64,000 nucleotides of DNA from Candidatus Poseidoniales archaeon (GCA_038116375.1 JAYNUQ010000002.1:26766-90765); one strand, 5' to 3'; shown: positions 7,925 to 18,458, counted from the first letter of the stretch. The notes: generated by a model from the letters alone, not told the origin. A program made the numbers and translations.

Positions 7925-10426
7925 TCACTCGAGTTGGTGCATTCGGGTCAATGTTTCCTTGAATTCGAGGAGGCTATCGGGAACGGCAATGCCCGCAATT
8001 GGCTGGTTCAGTGAGACGCCCGCATCTTTCTTGGCCGCCCATGTTTTTCCATTGAATTCTTGCAGATCGTGTGAGAGCGAACACAGGCGTGTTCCTTCAT
8101 CCGTCCCGTGCGCCAACTCAGGAACCGGGGCGGACGGGAAGGCATCAACATCGACCGAGGATGAGCCGTATACGGTGCTTGAAATGTGGTGAGTAAAGAA
8201 CGGGCAAACGGGACTGAACGCCGCCATGAAATCCCTCACCATCCGGTGCAGTGTCCATGCCGCAGCCTCGTCTCCGTCGTACAATCTGGATTTGACCATC
8301 TCAAGGTAGTGGCTGGGAAGAAGACCCGTGCCGAAGGTTTTGAGGGCCTGCGTTGCCGTGTAGATGTCCAAATTGACCCACGCATGGTTGACGGTGTGCA
8401 TGGTGCCTTGGAATTCTGCTAAGACCCACTTGTCTTCTGGAGCAAGCGTTTCTGGGCAACGGTCCAAATCGTCTGGGACATCAAACTGCGACGCAAACCG
8501 AGCAACGTTGAAGAGTTTGGTCAGCACACCAAAGTACTTTTTCTCGATTTCTTCAGGATTGATGTGGAAATCGTCCCCAACTTGGGCATCGCATGCCTTC
8601 CACAGGCGAAAACACTCGCTGCCAATTTTATTGGCTCGAAGTTTGACTGAACCGTCTGGACCTTTCACTTGCCAGGAACCGGTTCGCCCACCTGCCCCGC
8701 ACTCCAAGACGGAGTCGGCGTCAATACCGTTGCCGAGTGACTTGCTCATTTTACGGCCCCACGGGTCCATGCCCAAACCGTCAATCCACACGTGCTGGAA
8801 TCCCGGTTGGTCCAGCACCAAAGTGGACTTCAAGAGCGTGTAATAGAGCCATGTTCGAACGATTTCCTTTCCTTGCGGGCGCAGTGCGGTCGGGAAGGCC
8901 TTTTCGAACACATCGGGGTGGTTGAGGTAACCGCTCACAAAGAGGTTGGAGTTTGAAGAATCCATCCACGTGTCAAACACTTTTTCCTCACCTTTCAACG
9001 ACCCAAGTTGCTCTGACAGTGCAGCAAAATCTCCAACGTCTTCCCGCGTTTCTCTGTTCAGCACGCGACTTCCTGCAGGGGGGGTATCTTTCCAGGGTTG
9101 GACGTAGGTTCCAGCGGGAGGGACAACAACCAACCGTTCGTCTTCGCTGTACCAGATTGGAATTTCTGTGTGGTACCATCGTCGGCGACTGATGGGCCAA
9201 TCGATGCTGATGTTGTCCATCCAGTCAAGCAGGAATTGTCGGTTCCGTACGGGGTGGAACGTGATGGATTCGATGTGCTCACGCATGCGGTCTTGGATGT
9301 GCGTTTGTCGGACATACCATTCTTTGAGAAGAATGATTTCCACTGGGTTCTTGCCACGCTCTGAAACGGGAATCTCTTGGTCGCGTTCAACGGCTTGGAT
9401 CAATCGACCCTGTTCCTCGAGAAGTTCGATGGCTTTTGCTCGTGCATCAACTACAGAGAGTCCGTGAAGCGGCCCAGCAATTTGCGTCATGTTGCCGTCA
9501 AGTCCGATGGCTTGGAAGGGTGCGAGGCCCAGTTCCCGGAACACGGCCACGTCGTTTTGGTCACCAAATGAACAGACCATCAGGACGCCGGTACCAAAAT
9601 CGGATTTGACGGAGGGGTGTTTCTGAACGGTGACGGTTTGAGACCGACCGTTGGTCGGCAGAGGCAGAGCGATTTCTTGGCCGACCAGATGTTTGTATCG
9701 CTCGTCGTCTGGATGGACCACCACGACTCCACAAGCACAGATGAGTTCCGGGCGTGTCGTGGAAATCACAAGATCGGTTCCGTCTTCACAGGTCCACCGG
9801 ACGTCAACGAGTTTTGTCTTTCGCGGCAACCGTTCAACTTCGGCATCGGCGATGGTTGTACCTTCAACAGGGTCGTAGATGTTGGGTCGGAGGTCTTCGA
9901 CGATGTCGCCTTTCTTGAACAGTTCAACGAAGATGGATTGCGTAACGCTTCTGTAATCTGGGGCATCGGTTAGGTACTCTCGTGAAAAATCGCACGAGAG
10001 TCCAACGCGCTTTGCGGTGTTTCGCATGGCTTGGGTAAAGGATTCAATGGTTGTTTCACAGAGTTTGAGAAACTCCTCTCGGTCGTAGGTTTTCATCTTC
10101 CTTTTTGTGTTCTTTTCAACGGTAAATTCGATGTTTATACCGTTCCTGTCCACGCCCCAAGGGAAGTACACTTCTTTGCCCAGTAAGCGCTGACTTCGGG
10201 CCAGAACATCGATCATCGAGTATTGAGCGACAGCACCAATGTGCCACGTTCCGGAGGGATAGGGCGGAGGCGTATCGATGACAAAGAATTCCTTCCCGCT
10301 CTCAGGATTGAAGCCGTAGCGGCCGCTGTAGGCTTGCTCGTCAGCGTAATGCGCTTCTTGGATGGTCTTTTCTAGGTCAATTGACCATCGTTTCTCGGGA
10401 AGTTTTGGGGCTGGCATGTGCCTCAC
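7925..10426 (-). CDS. valS: valine--tRNA ligase (class I aaRS)
   Basis: IDTPPPYPSGTWHIG lies at the HIGH position. The editing-domain pattern is STTRPELICACGVVVVHPDDERY. WPISRRRWYHTEIPIWY and KMSKSLGN are also present. The length of 833 aa fits archaeal ValRS. Confidence 0.75.
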   Translation of the reverse strand: MRHMPAPKLPEKRWSIDLEKTIQEAHYADEQAYSGRYGFNPESGKEFFVIDTPPPYPSGTWHIGAVAQYSMIDVLARSQRLLGKEVYFPWGVDRNGINIEFTVEKNTKRKMKTYDREEFLKLCETTIESFTQAMRNTAKRVGLSCDFSREYLTDAPDYRSVTQSIFVELFKKGDIVEDLRPNIYDPVEGTTIADAEVERLPRKTKLVDVRWTCEDGTDLVISTTRPELICACGVVVVHPDDERYKHLVGQEIALPLPTNGRSQTVTVQKHPSVKSDFGTGVLMVCSFGDQNDVAVFRELGLAPFQAIGLDGNMTQIAGPLHGLSVVDARAKAIELLEEQGRLIQAVERDQEIPVSERGKNPVEIILLKEWYVRQTHIQDRMREHIESITFHPVRNRQFLLDWMDNISIDWPISRRRWYHTEIPIWYSEDERLVVVPPAGTYVQPWKDTPPAGSRVLNRETREDVGDFAALSEQLGSLKGEEKVFDTWMDSSNSNLFVSGYLNHPDVFEKAFPTALRPQGKEIVRTWLYYTLLKSTLVLDQPGFQHVWIDGLGMDPWGRKMSKSLGNGIDADSVLECGAGGRTGSWQVKGPDGSVKLRANKIGSECFRLWKACDAQVGDDFHINPEEIEKKYFGVLTKLFNVARFASQFDVPDDLDRCPETLAPEDKWVLAEFQGTMHTVNHAWVNLDIYTATQALKTFGTGLLPSHYLEMVKSRLYDGDEAAAWTLHRMVRDFMAAFSPVCPFFTHHISSTVYGSSSVDVDAFPSAPVPELAHGTDEGTRLCSLSHDLQEFNGKTWAAKKDAGVSLNQPIAGIAVPDSLLEFKETLTRMHQLE

Positions 10427-10580
10427 CTGGCCCCGCCTCGGTTACTGAGGTGGGTCCAATCCTGCGGATGCTGGCCATCATTTCAACCCGTCGGCTCGTC
10501 TTTCAAACCTCGTGGCTTACCACTCACAACGAAGGTAAGCCTTTGAAGGTCCATGCGCTCGCAAACAACAGGGTGGTGAG

Positions 10581-13500
10581 TTGACGTCAAACGAGGATGC
10601 TTCAAATTCACCTCCATCGGGTGAAACTGGAACCGAATCCTTCGGCAACGAGCGCATTGCAGCCATTGCTGGAAAAAGTCGTCAAGTCCGAAATCAACTG
10701 GTTGACCAAATGAAAACCATGGACTCAAAACGGGCTCTGGACGCCGTCCTTGATGCACCAAAACGATTCAAGCGTGAGTGGCAAAAAACCGGAGCAACAG
10801 GGGCCATCACAAAATTCCCCATACCGACCATTCTGGTTTTCATGCTGCTCACGGTCTACTTCGTCACGCAATCGGGGTTCCTTGACGGCACGCAATTTGA
10901 TGACGACCCAGATAACCCTGCGTTGAACGTGAACGGAGACTTGGAAGTGTACCTGCCCGATGGCAGTCGTGTTGCCGAACTGATCGGTAAAGTGGAAGAA
11001 GACTGGTCAACGAACGTGATGGTGGTCTACATCGAGTCCTCAAAAAACAACATCACCGACCAACGGATTTTGCAAGAGATCAGTTATGTTGAAAACATTC
11101 TCAACCCCTATCTCTCAGACCCCTCTGACGACGTCATCTACATTCTCTCCCTGTCCACGGTGTTGAAAGAGGTCAATTCAAGCGCACCGAGAATTCGAGA
11201 AGCAGTCATCACCGAGGTGGGTGAGTTGGGTTGCTCAAACAATCCTGAGGATGACTGTCCATCCCGTGAGTTGGCAACCGAAATGAACGATGCATTTGCT
11301 CTGACCGACGAACAACTCGGGGGTTCGTACGAAATTCCCAGCCAAACCACCATCGACCTCGTCATTGGTGAAATGTACACCGACGAGGGTGAACCCTCTG
11401 CGGGCATGAACAAGCTCGCACGTGATATCGAGGGCGGAGAAGACGGTGGACCCGACGGTTTGCTTGACCGAGCGATCATGGCCATTGCCGTCACAGAAGA
11501 CCGCCCTGCAAAAGACATCATTGCAGATACGCAAGAGGTCCTTGATACCATTTCTTCAATGGAGCGAGCCTGCCTGTACGACGCAAACGGTGAACCTGTT
11601 GAATCCGAAGGTCTGTGCAATTGGGAAGACTTGGGACTTTCCATGGTGTTGACGGGTCCTGTTCCAATCACCAACGCCGTCACCGAATTTTCCTTCAAGT
11701 TGTTTTGGGATATTTTCCCGAAAGCCGTTGTCTTGGTGGCCATCGGGCTGTTTGTGTTCCACTCTGACCTTCTGCAGGCTGGACTAACCGGCATACGTCC
11801 CCTTCAAGGTTTCAAAGTGATTGTCATTGCTGGACTCCCTACGCTGTGTGCCGTGTTTTGGACGCTGGGCCTCATCGGCGCGACAAATTACGAAGTCACC
11901 ATGACCGTCATCATCGTTGGCCCCATCTTACTTGCGTTGGGTGTATCTTACGGGTTACACATCACCAATCGATACGCTGAAGAAGAGGGAAGCAAGGACG
12001 AAAAAATGCGTGCATCGTTGAGCTCAACGGGCCGTGCCGTCTTCCTCTCTGCCGTTACAACGGTCATTGGTTTCATTTCCCTTGTTTTCACGCCGATGGC
12101 CCCCATTCAAACGGTCGGAATCGCGCTTTCAGGCGGCATTGTCATCGTCTATTTGCTCACGATGTTTATGGTACCCAACCTCACCCTCATCTTGGATTTG
12201 AAGAAACCGAAACACGCACCGTTGAAGGCCTTTGATGTCCTCGTAGATGTCCCAGTCAAACGCAACAAGGGCGTTATTGGTGTGTTTATCTTGATGATTA
12301 TGCTCTCAGCCACGATCGGTCAAGCCAACGTCGAGGAAAACATCGATTTGCTCGGAATGGCCCCCGAAGGTGAATCCCCTGTTGTCAAGATGAAGCAGTA
12401 CAGTTCGGAGTTTGAGGCCGGTCAAGTGGGTATGATTCTGGTCAACGCCAACGTCAGCGGTGATTTCAACGACGAGGACCTTTCAAACGACGATCCCGTA
12501 GAAATTTTGCAGAAAATTGACAACCTCGAGGCCTCATTGAACACGGTGGAGAACACCACGGCCGTTTCCGTTGTGTTCTTGATGAAATCCTCAGGTATCC
12601 AGGTCACCGTTTCAGGCGAACAAGCCAACGAGTTGTTTCAGTTGATTCCGTGTGCAGGGAACGAACAATGCGAGGACGTGAAGGCTACCGCCAGCATCCT
12701 GTTGAATCAGAGCCAGTCCCTCGACGCATCGTTTTGGGACTTGCTCAACGACCCCGATGCCTTCGGTCTTCCTGGTTCGCAACAGAGCCAAATCTTCCTT
12801 CTCGATGTGTTCTATGCCTCTTTGACCAAAGAGACCCGAGAAATTTTCGTAAGCGAGGATTTCAGTCGCTCCCTCATCTACGTTGACATGCCGTTCATCC
12901 CTGTCGCAGATACCGCAAAAAGCGTAGATTCCGTCAATGAGAAAGCGGCAACGTTCCAAGGAAGGTACGGAGAAAGTGCCGAGGAATTGACGGGTGTGGC
13001 TGCTACGGCGATTGAAGTCAACGAACTCATCGTTGGTTCACAATGGACGTCGCTTGGGTTTGCTATCATCCTCACCCTCATCACCCTCGCCATCGTGTTC
13101 AGGGACATCAGATACTCCATTTGGACCACCTCCCCGGTCATCGCTACGGTGGCATTGCAGTGGCTTGTCATGTGGCGAATGGATGTTCCCCTCTCGCTTG
13201 TCACGGTCATGATCGGTTCTATTCTGGTTGGCGTGGGCGTTGACTTCTCAATTCACATCGCCAATCGAATTCGGGAACTTGGAGGGGGCATCCAGGCCAT
13301 TCGGAGTGCTGCCGTGGGTACGGGCATGTCGTTGTTTGAAGCGGCCGTCGTAACTTCCCTCGGTATGTTCACGGCCTACGACATTCCCATCCCGGAAATC
13401 ACCCCGTTTATCACCGTGATTCTCATTCTTTTGTGGGTGGCAGCGGCGAGCGCACTCATCCTCTTGCCTGCCATCTTTGTGACCCTCGAAAAAATGGGCA

Positions 13501-13619
13501 TAGGAGCGGTAAGTGGAGGCAATAACATGGCGAAGAAACTCGGATTGATTCGAACAAACGCGACCTCTGATGATGTCATGGAAGCCGCACTGATGGATGA
13601 TGTCGTCGATGCCTGGTGA
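10581..13619 (+). CDS. RND-superfamily (MMPL/SSD-type) membrane exporter
   Basis: The 1012-aa protein has two blocks of about 6 TM helices, each preceded by a large extracytoplasmic loop. The typical segments LGVSYGLHITNRY and GVGVDFSIHIANRI are present. The start codon is TTG. Confidence 0.75.
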   Translation: MTSNEDASNSPPSGETGTESFGNERIAAIAGKSRQVRNQLVDQMKTMDSKRALDAVLDAPKRFKREWQKTGATGAITKFPIPTILVFMLLTVYFVTQSGFLDGTQFDDDPDNPALNVNGDLEVYLPDGSRVAELIGKVEEDWSTNVMVVYIESSKNNITDQRILQEISYVENILNPYLSDPSDDVIYILSLSTVLKEVNSSAPRIREAVITEVGELGCSNNPEDDCPSRELATEMNDAFALTDEQLGGSYEIPSQTTIDLVIGEMYTDEGEPSAGMNKLARDIEGGEDGGPDGLLDRAIMAIAVTEDRPAKDIIADTQEVLDTISSMERACLYDANGEPVESEGLCNWEDLGLSMVLTGPVPITNAVTEFSFKLFWDIFPKAVVLVAIGLFVFHSDLLQAGLTGIRPLQGFKVIVIAGLPTLCAVFWTLGLIGATNYEVTMTVIIVGPILLALGVSYGLHITNRYAEEEGSKDEKMRASLSSTGRAVFLSAVTTVIGFISLVFTPMAPIQTVGIALSGGIVIVYLLTMFMVPNLTLILDLKKPKHAPLKAFDVLVDVPVKRNKGVIGVFILMIMLSATIGQANVEENIDLLGMAPEGESPVVKMKQYSSEFEAGQVGMILVNANVSGDFNDEDLSNDDPVEILQKIDNLEASLNTVENTTAVSVVFLMKSSGIQVTVSGEQANELFQLIPCAGNEQCEDVKATASILLNQSQSLDASFWDLLNDPDAFGLPGSQQSQIFLLDVFYASLTKETREIFVSEDFSRSLIYVDMPFIPVADTAKSVDSVNEKAATFQGRYGESAEELTGVAATAIEVNELIVGSQWTSLGFAIILTLITLAIVFRDIRYSIWTTSPVIATVALQWLVMWRMDVPLSLVTVMIGSILVGVGVDFSIHIANRIRELGGGIQAIRSAAVGTGMSLFEAAVVTSLGMFTAYDIPIPEITPFITVILILLWVAAASALILLPAIFVTLEKMGIGAVSGGNNMAKKLGLIRTNATSDDVMEAALMDDVVDAW

Positions 13620-13657
13620 GCGTGGGGTCCATAGACCCCTTTGACCTCCCCGTCATC

Positions 13658-14128
13658 ATGAACCACTGGTTGATGAAGTCCGAACTGGATGTTTATCCCT
13701 ACAGTCAACTCGTTTCCGACGGGTGGACGCATTGGGACGGTGTTCGCAATTACCAAGCAAGAAACATGATGAGGGACGCCATGAAGGAGGGAGATTTGGT
13801 CCTCTTCTACCATTCAAACACCAAGCCCCCCCATGTGGCTGGTGTGGCCCGTGTCATCAAGGAAGGCTACGGTGATTTCACGTCCTGGGATGCCTCAAGT
13901 AACTACTTTGACGAGAAATCAACGGCTGAAAATCCTCGATGGTTTATGGTCGACATCGAACCCGTGGTTGAGCTGAACATGGTCCCGCTTCAAGACATGA
14001 AAGACAATCCAAACCTCGAAGGTATGCCGTTGCTTCAACGGGGGCAGCGTCTTTCGGTTCAGCCGGTGACCAAAGAACAGTTCGATGAAGTTCTTCGCAT
14101 GGCAGGAACCGATGCTTCGACAATCTAA
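13658..14128 (+). CDS. EVE (PUA-like, THYN1-type) domain protein
   Basis: MNHWLMKSELDVYPYSQL...WDGVRNYQARNMMRDAMKEGDLVLFYHSNTKPPHVAGVARV is the canonical EVE-domain N-terminal pattern. The ORF-track start (GTG at 13616) overlaps the RND gene stop. Confidence 0.8.
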   Translation: MNHWLMKSELDVYPYSQLVSDGWTHWDGVRNYQARNMMRDAMKEGDLVLFYHSNTKPPHVAGVARVIKEGYGDFTSWDASSNYFDEKSTAENPRWFMVDIEPVVELNMVPLQDMKDNPNLEGMPLLQRGQRLSVQPVTKEQFDEVLRMAGTDASTI

Positions 14129-14140
14129 GCGAGGGATAGC

Positions 14141-15352
14141 ATGACACAACCCGTTCCAGTATCGGCCCGTGCTGCCAACATTGAGTATGCCATTCGCGAC
14201 GTTGTCGTTCCTGCAACAGAACTGGAAGCAGCGGGTCATAAAATCATCAAATTGAACATCGGAGACCCCATTGCCTACCCCGGTCTGCCCACACCTCCGC
14301 ACATGGTCGACGCCTATGCTGATGCCTTGCGGACTGGAAAAAACGGATACTCTCCATCATACGGTCTTCCTGATTTACGCACGGCCATCGCTCGAGACGA
14401 ACAGCGAAAAGGTTGGAACGCCACGCCCGATGACATCTATGTTTGTCATGGGGTTACCGAAGCGCTCCAACTGATTTTTGCCGCCGTTTTGGAGGACGGT
14501 TCCAAGGTGCTCGCACCCGGGCCCCACTACCCGCCCTACATGGCCTATCCACAGATGTACGGTGCCACGACCGTTGAATATCAACTCCACCAAAACGACG
14601 GTTGGAAACCGGACTTTGATGACATTGCCTCGAAGATGGACGATGATGTGCGCTTGCTGGTCCTCATCAATCCCAACAACCCATGCGGGTCGGTTTGTGG
14701 GGCAGACGATGTCGATGCTCTGCTCCACATCGCACGAGCCTATCCAAATTGTATCGTCGTTGCTGATGAAATCTACGACGGTCTTGACTTTACAGGTCGT
14801 CACGTCTCTGTCGCCAGCCGCAGTACCGATGTGCCGGTCATTGCGCTTAACGGAGTCTCCAAGGTCTACTATGCTCCTGGCTGGCGTATTGGCTACATGG
14901 CTCTGCACGACCCCACAGGACGACTTGGTTTGGTTCGCGACGGCCTGGAACGCCTCCTACGCTCTCGACTTTGTGCGTCAACTCCCGCCCAGATGGGATA
15001 CTTGGCAGGATTGACCGGTGATCGAGGGTGGATGGACGGCTACGCTCGACGCGTGATGGAACAGCGGGACCATTGCCTCAAGCGGATCAACGAAATCGAG
15101 GGGCTGGAAGTTGAGCAACCAGGAGGAGCGTTTTACATGTTCATTCGTCTTACTGACGAGCAATGGGCGAACGATGACAAAGCCTTCGTCCTTCAATTGC
15201 TTCATGAAGAGCACGTGCTTTTGGTCCACGGTAGCGGTTTTTCTCCAGAACTCGGTAAAGGACATGTCCGTTTGGTCTACCTGGCAGATGTGTCTGTCCT
15301 CGATGATGTCTTTGACCGCATCGACCGATTCTTGACGAAGCATCGTTCCTGA
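14141..15352 (+). CDS. class I/II PLP-dependent aminotransferase (alanine/aspartate aminotransferase-like)
   Basis: NPNNPCG and the PLP-lysine region NGVSKVYYAPGWRIGY are present, and the length is about 400 aa. Confidence 0.8.
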   Translation: MTQPVPVSARAANIEYAIRDVVVPATELEAAGHKIIKLNIGDPIAYPGLPTPPHMVDAYADALRTGKNGYSPSYGLPDLRTAIARDEQRKGWNATPDDIYVCHGVTEALQLIFAAVLEDGSKVLAPGPHYPPYMAYPQMYGATTVEYQLHQNDGWKPDFDDIASKMDDDVRLLVLINPNNPCGSVCGADDVDALLHIARAYPNCIVVADEIYDGLDFTGRHVSVASRSTDVPVIALNGVSKVYYAPGWRIGYMALHDPTGRLGLVRDGLERLLRSRLCASTPAQMGYLAGLTGDRGWMDGYARRVMEQRDHCLKRINEIEGLEVEQPGGAFYMFIRLTDEQWANDDKAFVLQLLHEEHVLLVHGSGFSPELGKGHVRLVYLADVSVLDDVFDRIDRFLTKHRS

Positions 15353-15375
15353 GCATCCATGTCGTCGGAGAATTC

Positions 15376-18300
15376 ATGAATCAAAACCGAGGCGTTGGTC
15401 TCATGAGCCGTGCGGTCGGTGTTGGAGTTCTTGCGGCCCTGGCTGTGGTCGTCATGCCCACCGTTTCAGCTGCAGACGTCTCAACAGCATCGGGCGTCTC
15501 GGTCGCATCGTTAACTCCGCTATTTCTCGCACTGGCCATCGCTTTTTTCGTCAGGAGGTGGTTCATTCCCCAGCAACTGAAAAATCTCCAAGTGGCCTTT
15601 GAGATTGACGACGATCTCTACGAGGTCCACAGAATCACTCGAACGCTGAGGGATTCACGTCGTTTGCTTGCAGCGGGCCGTGTTGGCTACGGTGTTTTGT
15701 TGTACATGATGGGTCTCACAGGGGTTCTCATCCTGATTGCTGAATTGTTGTTTGATGCCGATGTCTTCGCGCAGTTCAACCTTTACATCATTGCGACGCT
15801 GATTCTCATTCCTGTTTTCATGTCGCCTTGGGAAACACTCAACAGCCAACTTGCTGGACGGCAACGCGAGGTTCGTAGTTCACTGGGAACCGATCTGATT
15901 CGTCGCATCTTTACGCTGGCGTTGTTGGTCATCATCACCCTGTTGGTCATCGCTTACGGTGTTCAACTTGAAGGAACACTCACACCAACATGGCTCGCAT
16001 TTGCGATGTTGACGTTCATGGCCCCAACCATCTTCGCTTACGGAAGAATCATGGGAGCTTCCTGGAACATGCTTCTCATCAACAAGTGGCGAACAACTCG
16101 AGGCCGTAAGAACCCCATCGACCCGGATAAAAACGGATTCATTGGCCGTTTGTTTTCCTTCCTTCTCGTGCTGTTTCTTCTCACCATGCCCATAACGGCG
16201 TTGAACGGTATTTTGACCGTTCTCTACGTGATGCTCAATTCGCCCGCCAACTATGCAGACGTGTTGAATTATGGGGGCATCATTGGATATTCCATCTTCG
16301 TTCGAATTGACCTGATTTCCGAAATCTTGTTCCATTGGGAATTCATCAAAGCCCTTCCGCAATTCCTGTCTCTTTATCTGACCCTCAACATTGCCATTGT
16401 TGGTCTGGCGTTTATTTTCGAACTGACGAGAAACTTGATTCTGGGAGGACAGTCTTTCGGAGGGATGTTTGGTGTTATTCTGGATACGCCTCGTGAAATA
16501 CGAGCCGAAAAGGCGGCTCAGGCACGACAACTGACCTTTGCATTTGCTGGTTTTTCTGGCTACACCGTCCTGTTGCTTATACTGGTATGTTACAAGGAAT
16601 TTGGTGGCCTGATGCCATTTACTACAACGCTTGAAGCCAACGGTTTCGACGAGGGCATGCGCCTGCTTACCGTCTGGATGTTTATTGCTGTTGGTCAACT
16701 CGTCTTCCTCCTCACATGGCTCTTGTCCATCAGTCGATTTGGCCATCTTCGTAAGTTGAGGTTTGACCTGAACCCCGACGAGCGACGTGAAGGCGCCGTG
16801 CGACTTGAGGGTGGAGATAAACTCCAGAACTTGGTTGAAAATGCCGCCTACAACGAAGATTTGGACATGCTTATTCGCATTCAGACACATGATTTCCCGG
16901 GCGATCAAGCCTTGATTCGACAGGAGCAAACCCGTGCGGCCATGTGGGAAAAGGCGCTTCGTGGTCTCTGGCCAGAGGCCATCGAAGCAAGTCGAAAACT
17001 CCTCGCGCAAACGGGTGGCGACAACGACGAAGCAAGGATGATCATCGCTACAGGATACATGGCCCTTCGTCGCCTTGATGCTGCCCGAGAAGCACTCCAT
17101 GGACTCCAACAGCCAGAGGGATACGATGAACCCGAAATTCTCTCATTCGTCTGTGAATGGTTGGACCCGTGGAGAGGGTCGGTCACCGAAGACGATTTGT
17201 GGGATTGGGAGAACAACTCCGCTGTTGATTACCTTCAACTTCTTCAATCCATGCTGAAAACTTGGCAACCCCAGCCAAAGGAGATGATGGTGCACAACGA
17301 CAAACTCTCGCTCACGGGTCAGTTGACCATGGTTTCGCTGCTTCGTGCCCAACGCCGCTACGATGAGGCTTTGGATTTGGCACTCTCTCTCGTTCGAGCC
17401 GACCCAGTGGGTGTACGTCCTCGCATCGCTGTCGCTCTCTCGTTGCTCGATACGGGTCAGTGGCATGATGCGAAATCCGTGCTTGATGAACTCATCAAGA
17501 GCGACAGCAAAGACCCGCGTGTGTTGGCGCTTGCCGTTATCTTTGGATACGGTACCAAAGGCAGAGAACACATGGAAGTGTCCCTGGTCATCGACGAACA
17601 AAAAGATACCAAAAAATGGATGGATGCTGCTCCCGTAAATGCCTTCGCTGCTCTTCAGCAGAAGGGCGGATTGGACGAAGCGCTCAACGCCAACGTCATG
17701 ATCGCGGCACACGAGGCCACCCGTCGAGCCATGCCTCCACGGTTTTCTCCGGGAATCCTATCAAGCATCTTCCAATACCTCGTCCTTCTTCCAATGTGGT
17801 TTGTTCTCGGCATTCTCACCTACCAGGAAATCGGAGAAACGGAAGGCTTGTCCCTTCTGGGAGGCTTGTTGTTCATGCATTATTCCTATCGCCGTTTCAT
17901 GCGGCAGCAAGAGCACCAAATACGCCATCGTGACCAACGTGGCATGATCAAGTACGCTCGCCGCATGAAGCGATACAAAGCCATGCCAACAGCGGCAAAC
18001 ATACCGATTGGCAACCACCTTTTGTTGAGTGGAATTCTTGTCACGGTTAACGGCGTCGTCCTCGATATTGGCTATCCTGCATGGTTGTTTGAGCGTCTTC
18101 AAAAAGAGCCGGATAAGAAGGTCCGTCAGCGGATGCGACGTCGTGCAGTCGCTGTGGAAAAGGGTCGAACGCCCAGGGTCTCGCCACTTGGTAAGGCTTG
18201 GTGGTTAAAACGTCCAAAGGAACACACTGAAAGCGGTCCTGTTCTGGAACGAACCATAGGACCGATTGCTTATCGAGGACGCACCAATTACGCTCGAAAG

Positions 18301-18399
18301 AAAGAGGCTCAATCGTTGAACGACGCAGCGCAAGGAAAAGATACTCCCCTGCAAAAACGCTTCATTCCTCGCAACACCATCCGTAGCGAACGCTCTTGA
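15376..18399 (+). CDS. hypothetical large polytopic membrane protein with a central soluble TPR-like region
   Basis: The 1007-aa protein has an N-terminal signal/TM segment and about 10 further TM segments. A helical-repeat stretch of about 300 aa follows (ALRGLWPEAIEASRKLL..., RRYDEALDLALSLVRADP...), then 2-3 more TM segments and a basic tail. I recognise no family. Confidence 0.6.
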   Translation: MNQNRGVGLMSRAVGVGVLAALAVVVMPTVSAADVSTASGVSVASLTPLFLALAIAFFVRRWFIPQQLKNLQVAFEIDDDLYEVHRITRTLRDSRRLLAAGRVGYGVLLYMMGLTGVLILIAELLFDADVFAQFNLYIIATLILIPVFMSPWETLNSQLAGRQREVRSSLGTDLIRRIFTLALLVIITLLVIAYGVQLEGTLTPTWLAFAMLTFMAPTIFAYGRIMGASWNMLLINKWRTTRGRKNPIDPDKNGFIGRLFSFLLVLFLLTMPITALNGILTVLYVMLNSPANYADVLNYGGIIGYSIFVRIDLISEILFHWEFIKALPQFLSLYLTLNIAIVGLAFIFELTRNLILGGQSFGGMFGVILDTPREIRAEKAAQARQLTFAFAGFSGYTVLLLILVCYKEFGGLMPFTTTLEANGFDEGMRLLTVWMFIAVGQLVFLLTWLLSISRFGHLRKLRFDLNPDERREGAVRLEGGDKLQNLVENAAYNEDLDMLIRIQTHDFPGDQALIRQEQTRAAMWEKALRGLWPEAIEASRKLLAQTGGDNDEARMIIATGYMALRRLDAAREALHGLQQPEGYDEPEILSFVCEWLDPWRGSVTEDDLWDWENNSAVDYLQLLQSMLKTWQPQPKEMMVHNDKLSLTGQLTMVSLLRAQRRYDEALDLALSLVRADPVGVRPRIAVALSLLDTGQWHDAKSVLDELIKSDSKDPRVLALAVIFGYGTKGREHMEVSLVIDEQKDTKKWMDAAPVNAFAALQQKGGLDEALNANVMIAAHEATRRAMPPRFSPGILSSIFQYLVLLPMWFVLGILTYQEIGETEGLSLLGGLLFMHYSYRRFMRQQEHQIRHRDQRGMIKYARRMKRYKAMPTAANIPIGNHLLLSGILVTVNGVVLDIGYPAWLFERLQKEPDKKVRQRMRRRAVAVEKGRTPRVSPLGKAWWLKRPKEHTESGPVLERTIGPIAYRGRTNYARKKEAQSLNDAAQGKDTPLQKRFIPRNTIRSERS

Positions 18400-18458
18400 A
18401 CCCGCACCTCAGCTTCAACTGAACGAGGGTTCAAAGACTGTCCAAACAAGCCCTCCCT

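Noticed and set aside
15880-17109. A 409-aa ORF antisense to the 1007-aa membrane-protein gene.
   Set aside because: The translation is low-complexity and rich in Q/N/K/E/S. This is typical of the reverse complement of Leu/Phe/Ile-rich membrane coding sequence. It has no motifs and is completely nested in a better-supported gene.
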